Source: Stegostoma tigrinum (taxonomy: Eukaryota). Taken from it: a stretch of DNA of 64,000 nt. Below the pieces are notes generated by a model. That model was not told where the DNA came from, did not search any database, and saw only the letters and a program-made list of their open reading frames with translations. Where the stretch lies: assembly GCF_030684315.1 (NCBI RefSeq), contig NC_081360.1, forward strand, positions 79,845,780 to 79,909,779. The letters run 5' to 3'. Position 1 is the stretch's first letter. Each line of letters starts with the position of its first letter. This document shows, in pieces, positions 1 through 13,832 of the stretch. Both the position numbers and the translations under genes were made by a program.

Positions 1-207
1 ACAAGGTACCTAGGTAAGAAATCTAAGGAATAAATTAGAAACAACAAGAAATGAAACGTTTGGCATTGCAGTCCTTCAAGCAGACTGCACCAGACCTTGC
101 CTCTAGTACTCATCGCTCGTCTGCATTTGGTCTTGCTTCCAGTGCACATTGGACCATGCCTCCAATCCAAGCCTGGCCTCACATCCGGTATTGTCAAACT
201 CAACCTG

Positions 208-319
208 GGCTGCCTGTTCTCACTGCTGCCATCTCAGGCTGCCTGTTCTCATCCCACTTTAGGCTGCCTCTTCTCACTGCTGCCATCTCGGGCTGCCTGT
301 TTTCATCGCCACTTCAGGC
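208..319 (+). repeat. Short higher-order tandem repeat (2 x ~54 bp, each made of two GGCTGCCTGTTCTCA-starting subunits)
   Basis: ggctgcctgttctcactgctgccatctca + ggctgcctgttctcatcccacttta repeated at 208 and 262. Confidence 0.8.
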
Positions 320-2309
320 GATGTTCATGTCCCCTCCATGTTAATGTCAATTTCCAATTTGAAATTACCCCTTTAGTATCCATTGGTGTCAGTGGAGAAG
401 ACATTGATTGTCTCAAATTATCTAAGGTGAAAAGGCCAAATGATTTTTCTTGTACCTGGGCATTCACATTTTCTTCAGAGCTTGAGATAGAATTTATCAA
501 ATCAAAGCAAGGTATTAGGGAAATTAGATCCCTACTGTTACTGAATATGTGTTTGTGTTCAGAGGAAGATCCACTGCCATGCTAGGGTGGGAAATTGTAG
601 GTGGAGTGGACCACTTGCCACTCCATCCACCACCCAACCCCAGTGTCTCATTGTGGAGTACTTGTACCTCACTTCTGAGGAAGTCCATCTCTCAGGTGCT
701 GGCCAGTCTGGCCAAAGCTCGGCACAGAGTACTGTTGGGACTTCAAGACGGAGCCCCATGAGGACCCTAATTACCCCAAGAGGTACATCCCAGGATGTTA
801 GGGGTGGAGAAGGATTTTAGAGACCAAGGACTGGTTAGGGGCACTGGGGACCATATTCCTTCGGACTGGCTGTGGACAAGGATGAATGAGATGGCATCTT
901 AGAGAGGTGTCCCAATGCATGCAGGGAACCCTCAAAAAGGTCTCCTTCCACTCCTTTCTTCCTGCTTGTGTTCATGGAATCCTTTAAATATCACCTACCC
1001 ACACCCACCAACTGCCTTCACCAACCATATTATTGGGCTAATTACAGCCTTACTTATTTCTTTACATATGGTGAGTGGACTGCCAATTTTGCTGCCCATG
1101 CACCCTTTGTTTTATGAAAATGAATTTGGTTATTGGTCTGAAGGTGATGGTCCCATCACCTGACCTGATAGGTGCATGTAATGTCCCATTTCCGATGGCA
1201 ATGTGACTTTAGCAGTGCGTTTGACATTGGTATTGAATTTTTTGTTCAAATCCATAGCTGGGGCTATGGAAAGAATGAAGTAATGTTACACACAGTGCAG
1301 GATGTTGCTTCACATTCTTGTTTGATACGACAAGCACCAGAGCTTCAGCCTAATGCATCAACAAATGATTGACAATCTTTCTTTTAGTTTAAGGAAAATC
1401 ACTAAAATGGGCATCTAAAATAATCAAACTTACTCCAAAATGTTTTGACTCAACTCCTCAGTAATATTTCAGAAGCAGATGTTAGGCCCATTTGCTTTTA
1501 CAGTCTGATTGGCAACAAATACATAACCACAATGTTCAGAATATCTACCATCATTAAAGCTATGGCATCTCTTACTCATGGGACCTCTATTCTGTTTCAG
1601 GACGAAAAAATATCATTACAATATTTAAAAAAATACATTAATTCAGTTACCACAGAGGCATAATAATTTTACTTGGTGTTAGAAAAAAGAACCTGAACCA
1701 TAAAAGTGAGTGAATTTGATGTAAGCTTTCAATATGCTCTTTCTCTTTCACCTCTTTTTGTTCACTGGTCACAAAATTTGATGAGGCCAGAAAATGGATG
1801 GAATCAATTAGCCTGCACTTGGGCCAGGTCTTCCAGTGACAACCATGGCAAACGTTGAACTGCCTGTTGCAGTATAATTTTGGGACTGATCAGAAATCCT
1901 GACAGCACATCTGCACAGTGCTTGCTAGGGAAATATAAACTACTGATGAGGTGTTCTCCTGTGCCCACAGCATGTCTCTGACAATGAGCTCAGCATCAGA
2001 AACTTGGACCAGATGTGGCCTATCTACATTACATATCCCAGTACTGTAGCACTGTTTCACTTCTGATACAACTCAGTAATGAACAATATAACCTCAATAT
2101 AACCTGCTTTGACTTGGCTCCTAATCAACCCAAACTACACCCCCAACCCAGCTACCCAACTTTCAATATGACTGAGCAACCTCCGACAACCTCTCAACCT
2201 GACCATCTGTACCCAAACCTGACCACCAACATCCACAACCTCCTTCCTGATCCAATTAGCCACACCACTGACTGGACAACCATTCTCCTACCAAAATACC
2301 CACCTCCTA

Positions 2310-2544
2310 AAATGAAAGGACAAGGGGAACTCTATCACTGTTGTAGGAGGGAAGAGAGGGGGTGAGGGCGGAAGTGTGGGAGATGGGTCAGACCTAGTTG
2401 AGGGCCCTGTCGACAACAGTACTGGGGAATCCTTGGTTGAGGAAGAAGGTGGGCACTTCAGAGGATCCCTTGTCAAAGTTGGCCTCATTGGAACATATGC
2501 GATGGAGACGGAGGAACTGGGAGAATGGAATGGAGTTTTGACAG
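2310..2544 (-). mobile_element. Old Penelope-like element fragment (RT thumb region)
   Basis: Reverse strand translates to CQNSIPFSQFLRLHRICSNEANF...FFLNQGFPSTVVDRALN...DRVPLVLSF with stops. Homologous to CKNSIPHSQFLRLHRICSQDE...RIPLVLTY in the PLE at 50120-50350. Confidence 0.8.
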
Positions 2545-3949
2545 TCTTTTCAGTTTTCACCCACCTCCTGATCTGACTGCCTATACCCACACTTCGAAAA
2601 CTTACCCACCAACCACTCATTCTTCCATGGACTCTCTAACTGCACTGAAGCCCTTAAGTTTTTAAAAACAGATGACTTAAAACAAGTGATCTGACCTCTT
2701 TGACATTGCTTTGTGGAAGCAATAATGAAGCATTGCTGATGCAGCCTGAACAGGGGAGTCCTACTCAAAGATGCACGTCTCAATTTGCAGTTGTATCCCA
2801 AGCTCATTTGGAAAATCAGGACTAACATTTGCCGTTGCCAGAGCAGTGAATCGATTGTAGCAAGCTGCCAATGCTCAGCAGGCTATTGAGTGGCTGCACA
2901 GATGATCAGGGACATAAAATTATGAGAGGTTAAAATGGCTAGACCCTGGTTGCCTCATGGTATCTGTCACCTCTGGTTCAGAGTGAGAATTGTTTGTTGC
3001 TAACCATCCTCCTTTGCTAATATTTTATCTGGGGTCTATCTAATAATCAGCGATTAAGATAAAGTAATGTAAAATGCTGTAGTACAGTCTGTGAACAGTT
3101 TTGCTCCTCTTACCTGAGGGAGGATGCAGTTTCATTCATGACAGTTTAGAGAACATTCACTGTTATGTTCCTATCTTCCTGTCATGTTGCAGAGAAAAGA
3201 AGATAGAAAGAATTGCACATGTATTCGTGGGCAACAAGTGGATTGAACACAACCCTGAAGTTCTCTGCTGCCTTCAGCAATGTTACAAATAACTTGTCAC
3301 TCAGGAAAAAACCAGTAGAAATTAATCAGCAAGCAAACTAAAAATGATCCATATAAATATCATGTGTGTTGTATCCTTACTGCTGCTGAATTCATATTCA
3401 ACTATGCAAGGTTAAGGAAGGATGTAAACTACAACATTTACATTACCAATAGCACTTATGGCGTCATGTCAGCATTATACACTAACATTAGAATTTGCTT
3501 ATACCAAATTCTTCCAGCGAACGCTGCCCACACCCATGATAATGCTCGTACCTGCATGGCAAACATACAGCCAGATTCAGACGTAAGCATCTGTGTCAGA
3601 TGTGCCATTTTAGAGCTTAATTGTCACCCGTAGCACCAAAAATATGCAGCTCAACACAACTGAAATTTATGAAAATTACATCTGTTATTAAGTGAAATTA
3701 ATTCATTGTCTTGATTTTCATCAGACCTGTTTCATTCTTCACAGAGGGGTGGAGTCCCCTTTGTGTGAAGAAATGAATAATTATAGGAAAATATGAGCAG
3801 GTTAAACAACAAAGCAACAAATCAGAGAAAACGATCAAAAAAAATGCATGATGTGGGACTTCCCCTTTGACAGGGTATGTCAAATCTGAACAAGTAACTG
3901 ACTGTTTCGTTTTTTGCAAAAACAGCATGTAAGTTTCTGGAGTGGACAG

Positions 3950-4155
3950 AGGGTGATGGGTACCTGGAACTCACTGCCAGGGGTGGTAGTGGAAGCAGAC
4001 ACAATAGTGACTTTTCAAGGGCTTCTTGATAAAGACATGAAGAGGATATGGGAATAGAGGGATACAGTCCCTAAAAGGGTCGAGGGTTTTAGCTGTGATG
4101 GGCAGCATGTCAGTACAGGCTTGGAGGGCTGTAGGGCCTGTTCTAGTGCTGCAAT
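3950..4155 (+). mobile_element. CR1-type LINE 3' fragment
   Basis: tggaactcactgccagggg-tggtagtggaagcag (WN.LP..VVEA motif) and 3' UTR gggcctgttctagtgctg, as in the young CR1 at 42470-42625. Confidence 0.7.
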
Positions 4156-5634
4156 TTGCTTTATTCTTTGTTTTTTGACTAGCGGCCCAGAGGTCAAACA
4201 ATGTGCATAAGCAAAATATCCAAAGCCTTAATAGACAATACTCTATTGTTTATTTTGACTTTATATTTATTATATTTTAAGATCAATCTCCTGTTTTGGG
4301 CTCACTTTCATGAATCACTTCATTAAGTGGAAAAAATTTCCTAATTGATAGTACTGAATGTTATATTCCCTGGAAATTTAGTGGTCCCTCTATTGGACAC
4401 TTTTCTAAGTTTCAGTAATGTAGCCATTCTGTATGTTTATATACCCATCTCCAATGCCTGTCATCTTCATTGCCTCTTTGAATAATATTATTAACTATGT
4501 CCCATTTTACACGTCACTCTGATTTCCATTTAATGATATCAACAATTGTCTGTGAACGAGAATGAAGGGCGAGACAATTTCCTTTATTAATAACATATGG
4601 AAAAAATCATAAACCCATTGGTATTACTGCCCAGGCTCACCATTGCATCAAAAATGGAAAACCTTTGATAAAACACTTTTGTAGCTTTACCACAAATAGC
4701 CAGGAAGAGAATACAATCCCACAGAGTCAGAAAATTTTCATCCCATTACTGTGGGAATCTCATACAGCTGAATTGAAAGGTCAACGTTTAGACTACGTAT
4801 ACTGCACAATCCCACTAAACCCTTAAAATGATGAAATCGGTTTGTGCAATATCAGCGTGTGAATGCTTAACATGTTTATAACATTATATTGTGTTCTAAA
4901 ACAGAGATGTTAACCTTTAAAATAAACAGACAAAGAAATTTCATACAAATCCATTGTGTTCAAATGCACCAATCAATTTTTTTTCAAAATGAGAAAATTT
5001 TCATGCTGCAAATGTAGTTCCTTTCATGACATTACTGCAAACATTTAGTTCTTCGCTAGTTTATGAAGTGTCTGAACTGAGAAGGAGTTCCCCACATTTA
5101 GAGGAATATCATCATCTAGGACAACCTAAGGTTGCAAAATATTATTATTTGTAATAGTTTCCTAAATTTTATTATAACTATTCCCTTCCATATCTTTCCT
5201 GACAGGCTACTCCTGAAAATTGCATCAAAGGATGCATGAAACTAGACTCTGTTAGAATTTGGATGACTTAAAGTGAGTTGATTGTATCTGGGGAAATAAA
5301 ATTGGTTGAAAACATATTCAATTGTATGTACACAAAGTCCTGCAGGTTGTTTAAACATGAATCTTTCATAAGATTTTAGATGTATCAGCAGAGATGTTAA
5401 AAATGACTGCTAATTAATCTCATTGATAGAAAGTGGCAATGAGGATGTCACACACCTTCACATTACAAAAATTCAATCTAATCAGATGAGAGTTTGATAT
5501 TGGTGCTCATTTCACTTGTTGAATACAAAAAATGTTTATTCTCAGGAACCTCTTTAGGGAAGGGACAACCTCTTACTGATATAGATTAAGCCATAAGGGA
5601 ATGAATAAACTTGTGTTGCTCTCTACAGACCAAT

Positions 5635-6110
5635 GGAGATAGATTGAAGTTGCATTTTAATAAAGGCATTCAAAATCACAAAGGGCTTTGATAAACTTTA
5701 AAAAAAGTTTCCATTTCAGGAAAGTAAATGGACGCAAATTAAAGGAAATTGTTAAAAGATCCAAATTTCAAAAGGGTTTTGATGAAGAATTGTTGATCTG
5801 AAGTGTCAACTTCATTTCTCTTCACAGATGTTGCCTGAACTGCTGAGTGTTTCCAACATTTTATGTTTTCATTTCAGATGAGGGGATTTTATTGTTATGC
5901 CATGAGTTAGTATGATCTGGAACTCTCTGCCTGTGAGGCTAGTGGAAACATATTCAGTAGTAACATTCAAAAGGGAATTAGGTAAATACCTGGCAAGAAG
6001 AAACATGGAGAATTGTTGGGAAAGCATTTGGAAGTGGGATAACTTGGATTGTCCATTCAAAGATTCAACATGACATGGTGGACCATATAGCTTCTCATTG
6101 TGTCATTTGA
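5635..6110 (+). mobile_element. Degenerate CR1-type LINE 3' fragment, interrupted by an old PLE-terminus element
   Basis: tggaactctctgcctgtgaggctagtggaa...ttcaaaagggaattaggtaaatacctg. Confidence 0.6.
5778..5878 (+). mobile_element. Old PLE-terminus-derived short element (decayed hammerhead-like motif)
   Basis: ttgatgaag...ctgaagtgtcaac...cacagatgttgcctgaactgctgagtgtttccaacattttatgtttt. Confidence 0.55.
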
Positions 6111-6637
6111 TTGATAATAACATTGGTCTACTTCAGAGTTACTAAATCATAGATTTGAATTTTACAGGGGCTTTAGGGACAAGCTCATTCCATTTCCCAC
6201 AAGCTATGTTGCTAGGAGCAAGAAGCGTGGCTGACAGCCTGCCACACTGAAACCTAACAGAGCTACTTAAGTGACGAAGGACATTTTTCCATCTCTGTTC
6301 CATTTTACCAAATTAAGGGTAATGACATCAGGGGAGTGAGGAATGTGGGGAGAGACGGCCAGGGACTTTGGGAAGGAAAGACATCTTTAAAAGGCACTCC
6401 AAAGCAATGGCAACCCCTGTGGCATTGATGCCACCTGCACACAGCATCTATTACTACACTATCCCCAACACCAGTGTTGCCTTGGTGCGCCTGACTGGCC
6501 CTGGTGCCCCCAAGCCCCATGTACTTCTGTGTTAGGATAAGGACAATGATGCGTCCTGTTCCTCTAGATGTAGCCTCAGTGGCTGCTGTCATAATCACAG
6601 CACAGCTGAGGCTGTTAAACTGCCAGTCAAAGAACTG

Positions 6638-7490
6638 TAGAAACAGAAAAAATAATTGCAGGAGTAGGCCATTATGTACCCAGCCTGCTTTGCCATTCAT
6701 TCGGATCATGGTGGATCATCCAACTTAATACCCTCTTCCTGCTTTTCTCACTTATCCTTTGATCCCTTCAGCCCCAAAATGCTATAAGTATCAACTCTCT
6801 CTTCAAATCACACAATGGTTTGGCCTCAACTGCTTTCCATAGTACTGAATTTTACAGGCTCACCACTCCCTGAGAGAAGATTGCTCCATCTCTCAATCCT
6901 AGAAGGTCTACTCTGTATCTGTGGACAGTGATCCTAGGTTCATCAGGAACATCCTTCCTGCATCCACCCAGTTGGGTTCTGTTGGAACATCATATACTTC
7001 TATGAAACTCCCCCTCATTCTTCAGATCTCCAGAGAATATCATTGTAACCGATCCAACCACACCTCATACACCAGCCCTGCCATCCCAAGAATAAGTCAG
7101 GTAAACTTCTGCTGCACTCCCTCAATAGCAAAAACATCTTTCCTCAGATAAGGAGGCCAAAACTGCACATGATATTCCAAATGTAGTCTTGCCAAAACCC
7201 TCAACAGTTGCACCCAGACATCTCATCTCCTGTGTTCAATTCCTCTCGCTATGAAAGTCAACATAACATTTACTTTCTTGTCTGCCTGCTGCATTTGCAT
7301 ATTTACCTCCAGCAACTAGTGTATGAGGATACCCAGAGTGCATTACACATTCCCCATCCTAAGTTGGAGCCAGTCAGAAAATAGCCCACCTTCCTGTTTT
7401 TGCTCCCAAAGTAGACAACCTCACATTTATCCATGTTAAAATGTAACAGCCTTGAATTTGTCCTGCCACTCAACTTATATGGTGATGATT
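6638..7490 (-). mobile_element. Degenerate CR1-type LINE 3' part
   Basis: Starts tagaaac...ggagtaggccatt (reverse complement of a CR1 3' end); antisense RT C-terminal sequence (ctgcactccctcaatagc, aactgcacatgatattcc). Confidence 0.75.
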
Positions 7491-7557
7491 TGCCATCCTT
7501 TTTATGGCATTAGCCTTTAAAGCCTCTAGAGTTGAGACTCTAAACTCTAGATTTCTT

Positions 7558-8493
7558 TGCAGGTTCGTAGTTCCTTGAAAGAGAAGATTCATAGGTAGAC
7601 AGAGCAGTGAAAAAGGCATTTGGAACACTTGATAACAAAGTGTGGAGCTGGATGAACACAGCAGGTCAAGCAGCATCTCAGGAGCACAAAAGCTGACGTT
7701 TTGGGCCTAGACCCTTCATCAGAGGGCTCTCTGATGAAGGGTCTAAGCCCAAAACGTCAGCTTTTGTGCTCCTGAGATGCTGCTTGACCTGCTGTGTTCA
7801 TCCAGCTCCACACTTTGTTATCTTGGATTCTCCAGCATCTGCAGTTCCCATTATCACTCATTTGGGACACTTGTTTTCATTAGTCAGTGCATTGAGTATC
7901 AGACTTGGGATGTCATGTTGTGGCTGTACAGAACATTGGTTAGGCTACTTTTGGATTACTGCATTCAATTCTAGTCTCCCTGCTATAGTAAATGTGTTGG
8001 TAAACTTGAAAGGCTTCAGAAAAGATTTACAAAGATGTTGCTCGGATTGGAGGCTTTGAGCTGTAGAGAGATGTTGAATAGGCTAGGGCTATTTTCCCTG
8101 GAGCATCGGAGGTTGAGGGGTGACCTCACAGAGGCTTATAAAATCATGAGGGGCCTGGATAGGATGAATAGCCTAGATCTTTTTTCCCAGGGTAGGGAAG
8201 TCTAGAACTAGAGGGCATAGTTTTAAGGTGAGAGGAGAAAGTTACAAAAGGGACCTAAGAGGTAACGTTTTCATGCAGAGGGTGACATGTGCATAGAATG
8301 AGCTGCCAGAGGAAGTGGTGGATGCTGGCACAATTACAGCATCTTAAAGCATTTTGCTGGGTACATGAATAGGAAGGGTTCAGAGGGATATATGCCAAAT
8401 GCTGGCAAATAGGACCAGATAAATTTAGGATATCTGGTCAGCATGGATGAGTTGGACCAACATGTTTCCATGCTGTATGACTTCATGACTCAA
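7558..8493 (+). mobile_element. CR1/HER1-type LINE 3' part with a nested PLE palindrome
   Basis: Encodes IEYQTWDVMLWLYRTLVRLLLDYCIQF; homologous to the young CR1 at 41990-42650; tail tgtatgacttcatgactc. Confidence 0.85.
7631..7858 (+). mobile_element. PLE-terminus asymmetric palindrome (two hammerhead-motif arms, tail on the right)
   Basis: 7631-7724 is the reverse complement of 7729-7822; tail 7823-7858; TSD catttggaacactt (7617-7630) / catttgggacactt (7859-7872). Confidence 0.9.
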
Positions 8494-8879
8494 TGTGGTC
8501 AAGAGAAAAATTATGCTAAAAATGCTCCATAAAAACTAGTTATTACTTATCTCATTGCTGTTTATTGTGCAGTTGTACGAAGAACAAACTCACTACTGAG
8601 TTGTCCTAAATACATCAACCATCCTTCAGAAATAATTTACTGGCTGTGAAGTGTGCTTTATAAATTCAAAGCTATTCTTTCATTAAATTCAATTAGTCAG
8701 TTCGTTGAAGAAGGTAATCTGATTCCAGAATCCCAATATCTGTATTAATGCTAGGAAACTCAGGATTCAAAAATTAGAGTGTTTATTCCACTTATCCACA
8801 GTCAATGGTATTATTTAACAAGCTTCAATTTCAGTAACTAGGGCCTTAAATGCTGCAGTGGCATAAACAACATGCTAAG

Positions 8880-8990
8880 TGCTCTTGTGGTGCTGCAGAG
8901 TGTTCCTACTTCTAAGGCAGGAGGCTTAGGTTCAAGTCCCACCTGCTCGAAAGGTGTGTGATAACATCTCTGAACAGGTCAATTAGAAAT
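8880..8990 (+). mobile_element. Short tRNA-derived SINE
   Basis: A-box-like tgtggtgc and B-box ggttcaagtccc; second copy inverted at 40048-40150. Confidence 0.6.
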
Positions 8991-9483
8991 GCTCTAGAAG
9001 GCAAAGCTCTCAGATTGTGTGTGCATTGTCCACATGTACTGTCTATGTGTCGTCACTGTGGTAGGGTAGATTCTATACAACAAACCCTCCATGCTGCACT
9101 GGTCCAAATTTTGTATTTGCATCTGTCGCCATGAAATTAACTATTTTATCAAAAAAGTGCACAATAATCATTAAGGATGTGTACGAATTCAGAGAAAATT
9201 TCAATGAAAGGCATTTCTGCTGCTGAAACCTAGATAATACTAGAAACCAAAGGTTAGAATGGTCTGAAAAACTTCTAATGTGGCCTCGAGTTTCCGTTAA
9301 AGATGCAACATACTATGTTCTTCAAATCAGTTTAGGGGTAAATGTGAAGCCTGTCTCTAGGAAAAAGGTCCATATTGAGAAGTTTCAGAATCAATCTGTC
9401 ATTAAATTTACATAGCATCATATTGTGAAAAAACTGTCATGGATGAAGCCATGACTGGCAAAGTCATAATTTCTTTTACGGTA

Positions 9484-9577
9484 GATAACAAAATGTGAGG
9501 CTGGATGAACACAGCAGGCCCAGCAGCATCCCAGGAGCACAAAAGCTGATGTTTCGGGCCTAGACCCTTCATCAGAG
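9484..9577 (-). mobile_element. PLE-terminus solo arm without tail
   Basis: gataacaaaatgtgaggctggatgaacac...gtttcgggcctagacccttcatcagag matches the reverse complement of 51223-51315. Confidence 0.9.
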
Positions 9578-9859
9578 TTCTTGCTATTAAAGTATTGCCT
9601 GAGTGAGTATTTTGCCAAATCACTGCTCAGTGCTGTGAACTTTTTTTTAACTGTCGGAAATGTGAGGCAGCCATTCTCAAGTCTACTTTGGTCTTAATTA
9701 TAGGCAGGCCATTAATATGATGTTTATACTAGCTATCTATAGCTAACTGAGCAAGAAGGTTTAAAAGGAAGGACAGAAAAATGAACAGGGAATGAAGTAT
9801 CTCGAGCACAATCAGGATAGTATTCCGCTACAGATGCATGTATTTCACTGGGACCACTC

Positions 9860-11020
9860 AGATCTTGACTTCGGAGCAGGTTTGGTCTAAACAAGGAGCA
9901 ACAAATGAATTCTAAAAGTGAGATGAGAATGACTGCTCTTGATATCATAGCAATATTTGGTGAATATGGCATCAAGGAATTCCAGCAAGGTTGATGTCAG
10001 TGCAATTCGGGGGAAGCCCGCACTGATCAGAGTCATAGCTAAGACTAAGGAAGATAGTTCCAATTGTTAGAAGTCAATTATTTAGTTCTCTGGTATCTCT
10101 GCAGAAATTCCTCGGGGTAGTGGCCTAGGTCAAAAAACCTTCGGCTGTTTCATCAGTAACCATCTCTCTGTCTTAAAGAAAGAAAGGCTTTTCATTGATG
10201 ATAAAGTTCAGTACCATTTGTAATTTCTCAAGCATTGAAGTGGACCTTGTCAACATATAGCAAGTTCTGTACAACATTCAGGGTCAAATGACAAATGGCA
10301 AGTGCCATGCGAGAGCCAAACAATGACCATGTCCAACAATAGAGGGAATCTAACCATCTTTCTTTGACATTCAATAGCATTCAATGCATTCCCTTCATCA
10401 ACACCCTGGGAATTGTCAATGATCAAAAACTTAACTAAATCAGCCAAGTAATTTATGTGGTTATTAAAGCAGGCCAAAGATTTGGAATTCTGCAATAACC
10501 TACCTCCTGACATCCGAAGCCTAGCCAGCATCTACAAGTCACAAGTCAGGAGAGTACTGGAAAGTTTCACTTGCCTGAATACTTGCAGCTTCAACATCAA
10601 CAAGCTATACTCTACACCATACGGACGAAGCCACCCATCTGATTGGCATTTCATCCCGCAACGTAAACCTCCATTGTCAATACACAGTAACAGCAGAACA
10701 TATCATCTACAAGATGCACTATAGTAACTCACCAATGTACATTTGACACCCCATTCCAAATCTGCATCCTCCACTACTTCGAAGAATAAGAGTGACAATT
10801 CCATTGAAGCACCACCACCTGCAAGTTACACTCCAAGTTACAAGCTATTCATTCAATACTGCTGAGGCAAAGCCTTTGAAACCTTTTTAATGGCATTCTG
10901 GGTGTAACTACATCTCATGGACTGCAACAAACAGCTCACCACTACTAAGGGCAATTAGGGATGGGCTGAACTACTTGCCTCGTGGCCAGTGCTCACATTC
11001 CACGAATAGATGAAAGAAAG
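9860..11020 (+). mobile_element. Degenerate CR1/L2-group LINE (second family), 3' part
   Basis: RT remnants (ttcctcggggtagtggcctagg; gacaaatggcaagt) and the family tail aagggcaattagggatgggc...cacattccacgaa, also seen at 22130, 29580 and 38390. Confidence 0.7.
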
Positions 11021-13239
11021 CAAAGGGTTGGAAGAAACAATCCGCTTTGTCCACTACCACAAGTAATTTTGTGAAACTAGAAACATTTTCCAGATGAGTC
11101 ATACTTTGGTCAGCCAATTCATCAAGCAAATGACAGAAAAATTATTTGACACACACATTTACCAGATGAAACACCTTTTTTTAAGCCCGAGGCCTAATTG
11201 CAGAACTAACATTTGTCTGCAACATGAGCTGCATCCTCATTCCATCCTTTGAGAGGGGAGGTCTACTGTACAGTGTATTCCAATTGTTGCAGGATGTAGT
11301 TGGATCTGGTGACTAACCAAGCAATAGTGATGTGTGCCATTTAGAATCTTCAACTCTCCTAGCCAAAACTGGATATTGGGATTTAAAGATTTGATATCTA
11401 GTACCCTCCAAACTGATTTACAAATATCTCAATATGTTAGAGGTTCTTGTTTTTGCTTGCTTATTATGAATATTAATTTAAGTTGTTAAACTACAGGCAA
11501 TTTCAACTGGGTACACCTTTTTGAGCTGAGAATATTTCTTTCTCAGCTGTTCCCATAACTTCTGGTGGTAGATCCAAACATTGGCTCCCCGAGCAATCTC
11601 CCATCTTGTTTTTTGTATATTGGCTCCTTAAGGCAAATTTCCATCTTACCATTGAATGGCAGCTTTTTCATCTCATCATTTCCAAGAAGACATTCCATGT
11701 GGATAAGATTCTATTTGTCTGAATCAGGCGGTTGAGTGAACAAAAATGTCAGACAATTGAAGATCCTATTGCAATCCAATTCCCCACCCACTTACAGCCA
11801 TAGCTCCCATTGCAAACAGAAGAAGATGTATGACAAGAATAAATAACCTTACAAAATTCACAGGACTTTGGAATGAGATTTCTGTTCTCTAGTAAACAGA
11901 CTTGTATATTCAAATGCGTGATTATTTATGTAGATTTTTACATGTATTTCACAGTAGTAACTAAAATCTTGAATAAGGCAAGTTCCCCAAAAGTACACAA
12001 TAATGGATTCTTATGCCATAGTTGTCTAAAATTCAATGAAGGTGCACTTATTATATGAGACCACATCAAATCTAATTTAAATTTGCATGCTTAATGTTAT
12101 TCAGGGGAACCTCATGATGTTTAGGAAACCTCATTTGACTTATTTCTTGTCCCTCGCAATGAGTTAATGGTGCCGACTAAGATACCTCTATAGCAGAATG
12201 ACTAAAAAGAGAGGTTTTCTTTTTAATTTCCTTGCTGCTTCATTTTCAGTTTTGCAGTCCCTTTATTCATTTTCAATTAGATAAGAATTGTTTGCCAGCC
12301 AGTCATAGGCTAGCCTTGCGAAGAAAAAAACTTTCCAATGGGTCATGTGCACCAGCATTTCCTGACAACCTTTATCTCTGTATGCAGACACTGAAACAAG
12401 AACATTACTGTCCATGGCCAACATAGGGAGTCTCCGTGGGCAATGCCAAAAAAATGCTTTTCTTATTATCGACCTAACTCATTGCGCATCACTAAATATA
12501 TTCTGTTGAAAACAGGCAGCACTTTGTTACAGCACAAGTGACCGTCAGTGAAATAACCTGCTCTGATGCAGCTGCATACCACCTGTAGGGAAAGTCAAAT
12601 TAGGGAGAAGTCCTGCTGTTCTGGCACTAATTCATTTTGCATTGTTCTTTGACTTTTTTCCCTTTTTCCCTTTCCTCTTTGTATCTTTGATGGCTGCAGG
12701 GGAGTTTGAGGATGTATTACTCTGCCTGATTTCTCTACATGTAAGAAAAGCAAAAGGATGTTCAAGTTGATAGATTCTTACACCTACCCTTCTCCATGTT
12801 TGCACATATTCAAAAAATCAGTGAAAAAAGCAAATCTGATGTTCTCTCCCTGCTGTACAGTAGATACTGCTTTACCTGGTGCACTACCAGGGTTAATAAT
12901 AAAATTAAGCAAAAAAAAATGTAGGCTTATGTGTAGGTTTGCTAATTTGAAATGGAAGCCTCATCTTTGGTTTAAGTGAAGCAGCATCATTCATAAAGCA
13001 GCTCTTCCTTCTCAACCTGACAGAAGCTAAATGCCATCATTACGAGAAACGATTTAATTCTTTCCAGAAATCTGTTCTAATAGTTCTCACATATTATTTA
13101 TGATGTTTTGAATCTTTCTGTGGGAATGAGAAGCTCTATTACGACTATCTTTTTCACAAATGTAAATGTATTAACATTAAATCATAATTTTCACATTTCA
13201 ATTCAAAATTAAGTTTGAAATACAAGTGATCCTGTTCAA

Positions 13240-13595
13240 CTGTGACTCAGTGGTAGCATGAATAGTTTGCAAGTTCCATCTCGGAGACCTGAGCACACGA
13301 TCTCAACTGATATAGTGCATGACTGAGAGAGTACTGCTCTATGAAAGGAACCATCTTTCATACGAGATGTTAAACGACTTCAGCTGGATACTTTCAAAGA
13401 AAAGCTGGTCAATATGTTTTTTTAATCAACACCACCAAAATGAACTTGTCGTTATCACGTTTCATGTTTTAGGACCTTGCTATGCAGAAAGTGGCTGTCA
13501 TGTATTCCAGCAGTGACTACTCTTCAAAAGCATGACATTGGCTGTAAAATCCTAAGGAATTCCCATAGCTTCTGAAATATGCTACCTTAGTGTCA
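13240..13595 (+). mobile_element. Deu-domain SINE (SacSINE1/AmnSINE-like), degenerate
   Basis: tRNA-like head gtgactcagtggtagc, core gagatgttaaac, then ttgctatgcagaaagtggctg...cagtgactactcttcaaaag...attggctgtaaa. Confidence 0.65.
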
Positions 13596-13724
13596 GACAT
13601 GCTGTCAGTAATAGTTTATTGAGCCAATTAACAATGAAGAAAGCCATTCAATCATTCTGGCCCATCATTGAACAGGAACCGATTACCATCACAATATCTG
13701 TACCCTTGAATAATTCCACAGTTA

Positions 13725-13832
13725 AGCAAAACAAACAAACTGAAAATGTTGGAAATATTGAACAAATGTGGCAGCATCAATTGTGTGAGAAGGGAGGGTT
13801 CATGTTTCTGTTTGACAACAGATCTTCAGAAT
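13725..13832 (-). mobile_element. Old PLE-terminus-derived short element
   Basis: aaacaaactgaaaatgttggaaatatt...ggcagcatc...tgtttc...cttcagaa. Confidence 0.45.

Noticed and set aside
51-585. 162-aa and 97-aa ORFs at the window start
   Set aside because: Kept open partly by the 54-bp tandem repeat; no recognisable domain or splice context.
7631-7858. Palindromes as miRNA genes, CRISPR-like repeats or classical MITEs
   Set aside because: They are dispersed rather than arrayed, match the PLE 3' end, and have variable centres, a one-sided tail and variable long TSDs.
7777-7974. Recurrent peptide MLL(D/G)LLCSSSSTLCYL in several short ORFs, suggesting a small gene family
   Set aside because: It is the translation of the PLE terminal repeat. 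The ORFs run into unrelated flanks and have no gene structure.
8880-8990. tRNA gene
   Set aside because: Only A/B-box remnants with no full cloverleaf; a second decayed copy indicates a SINE.
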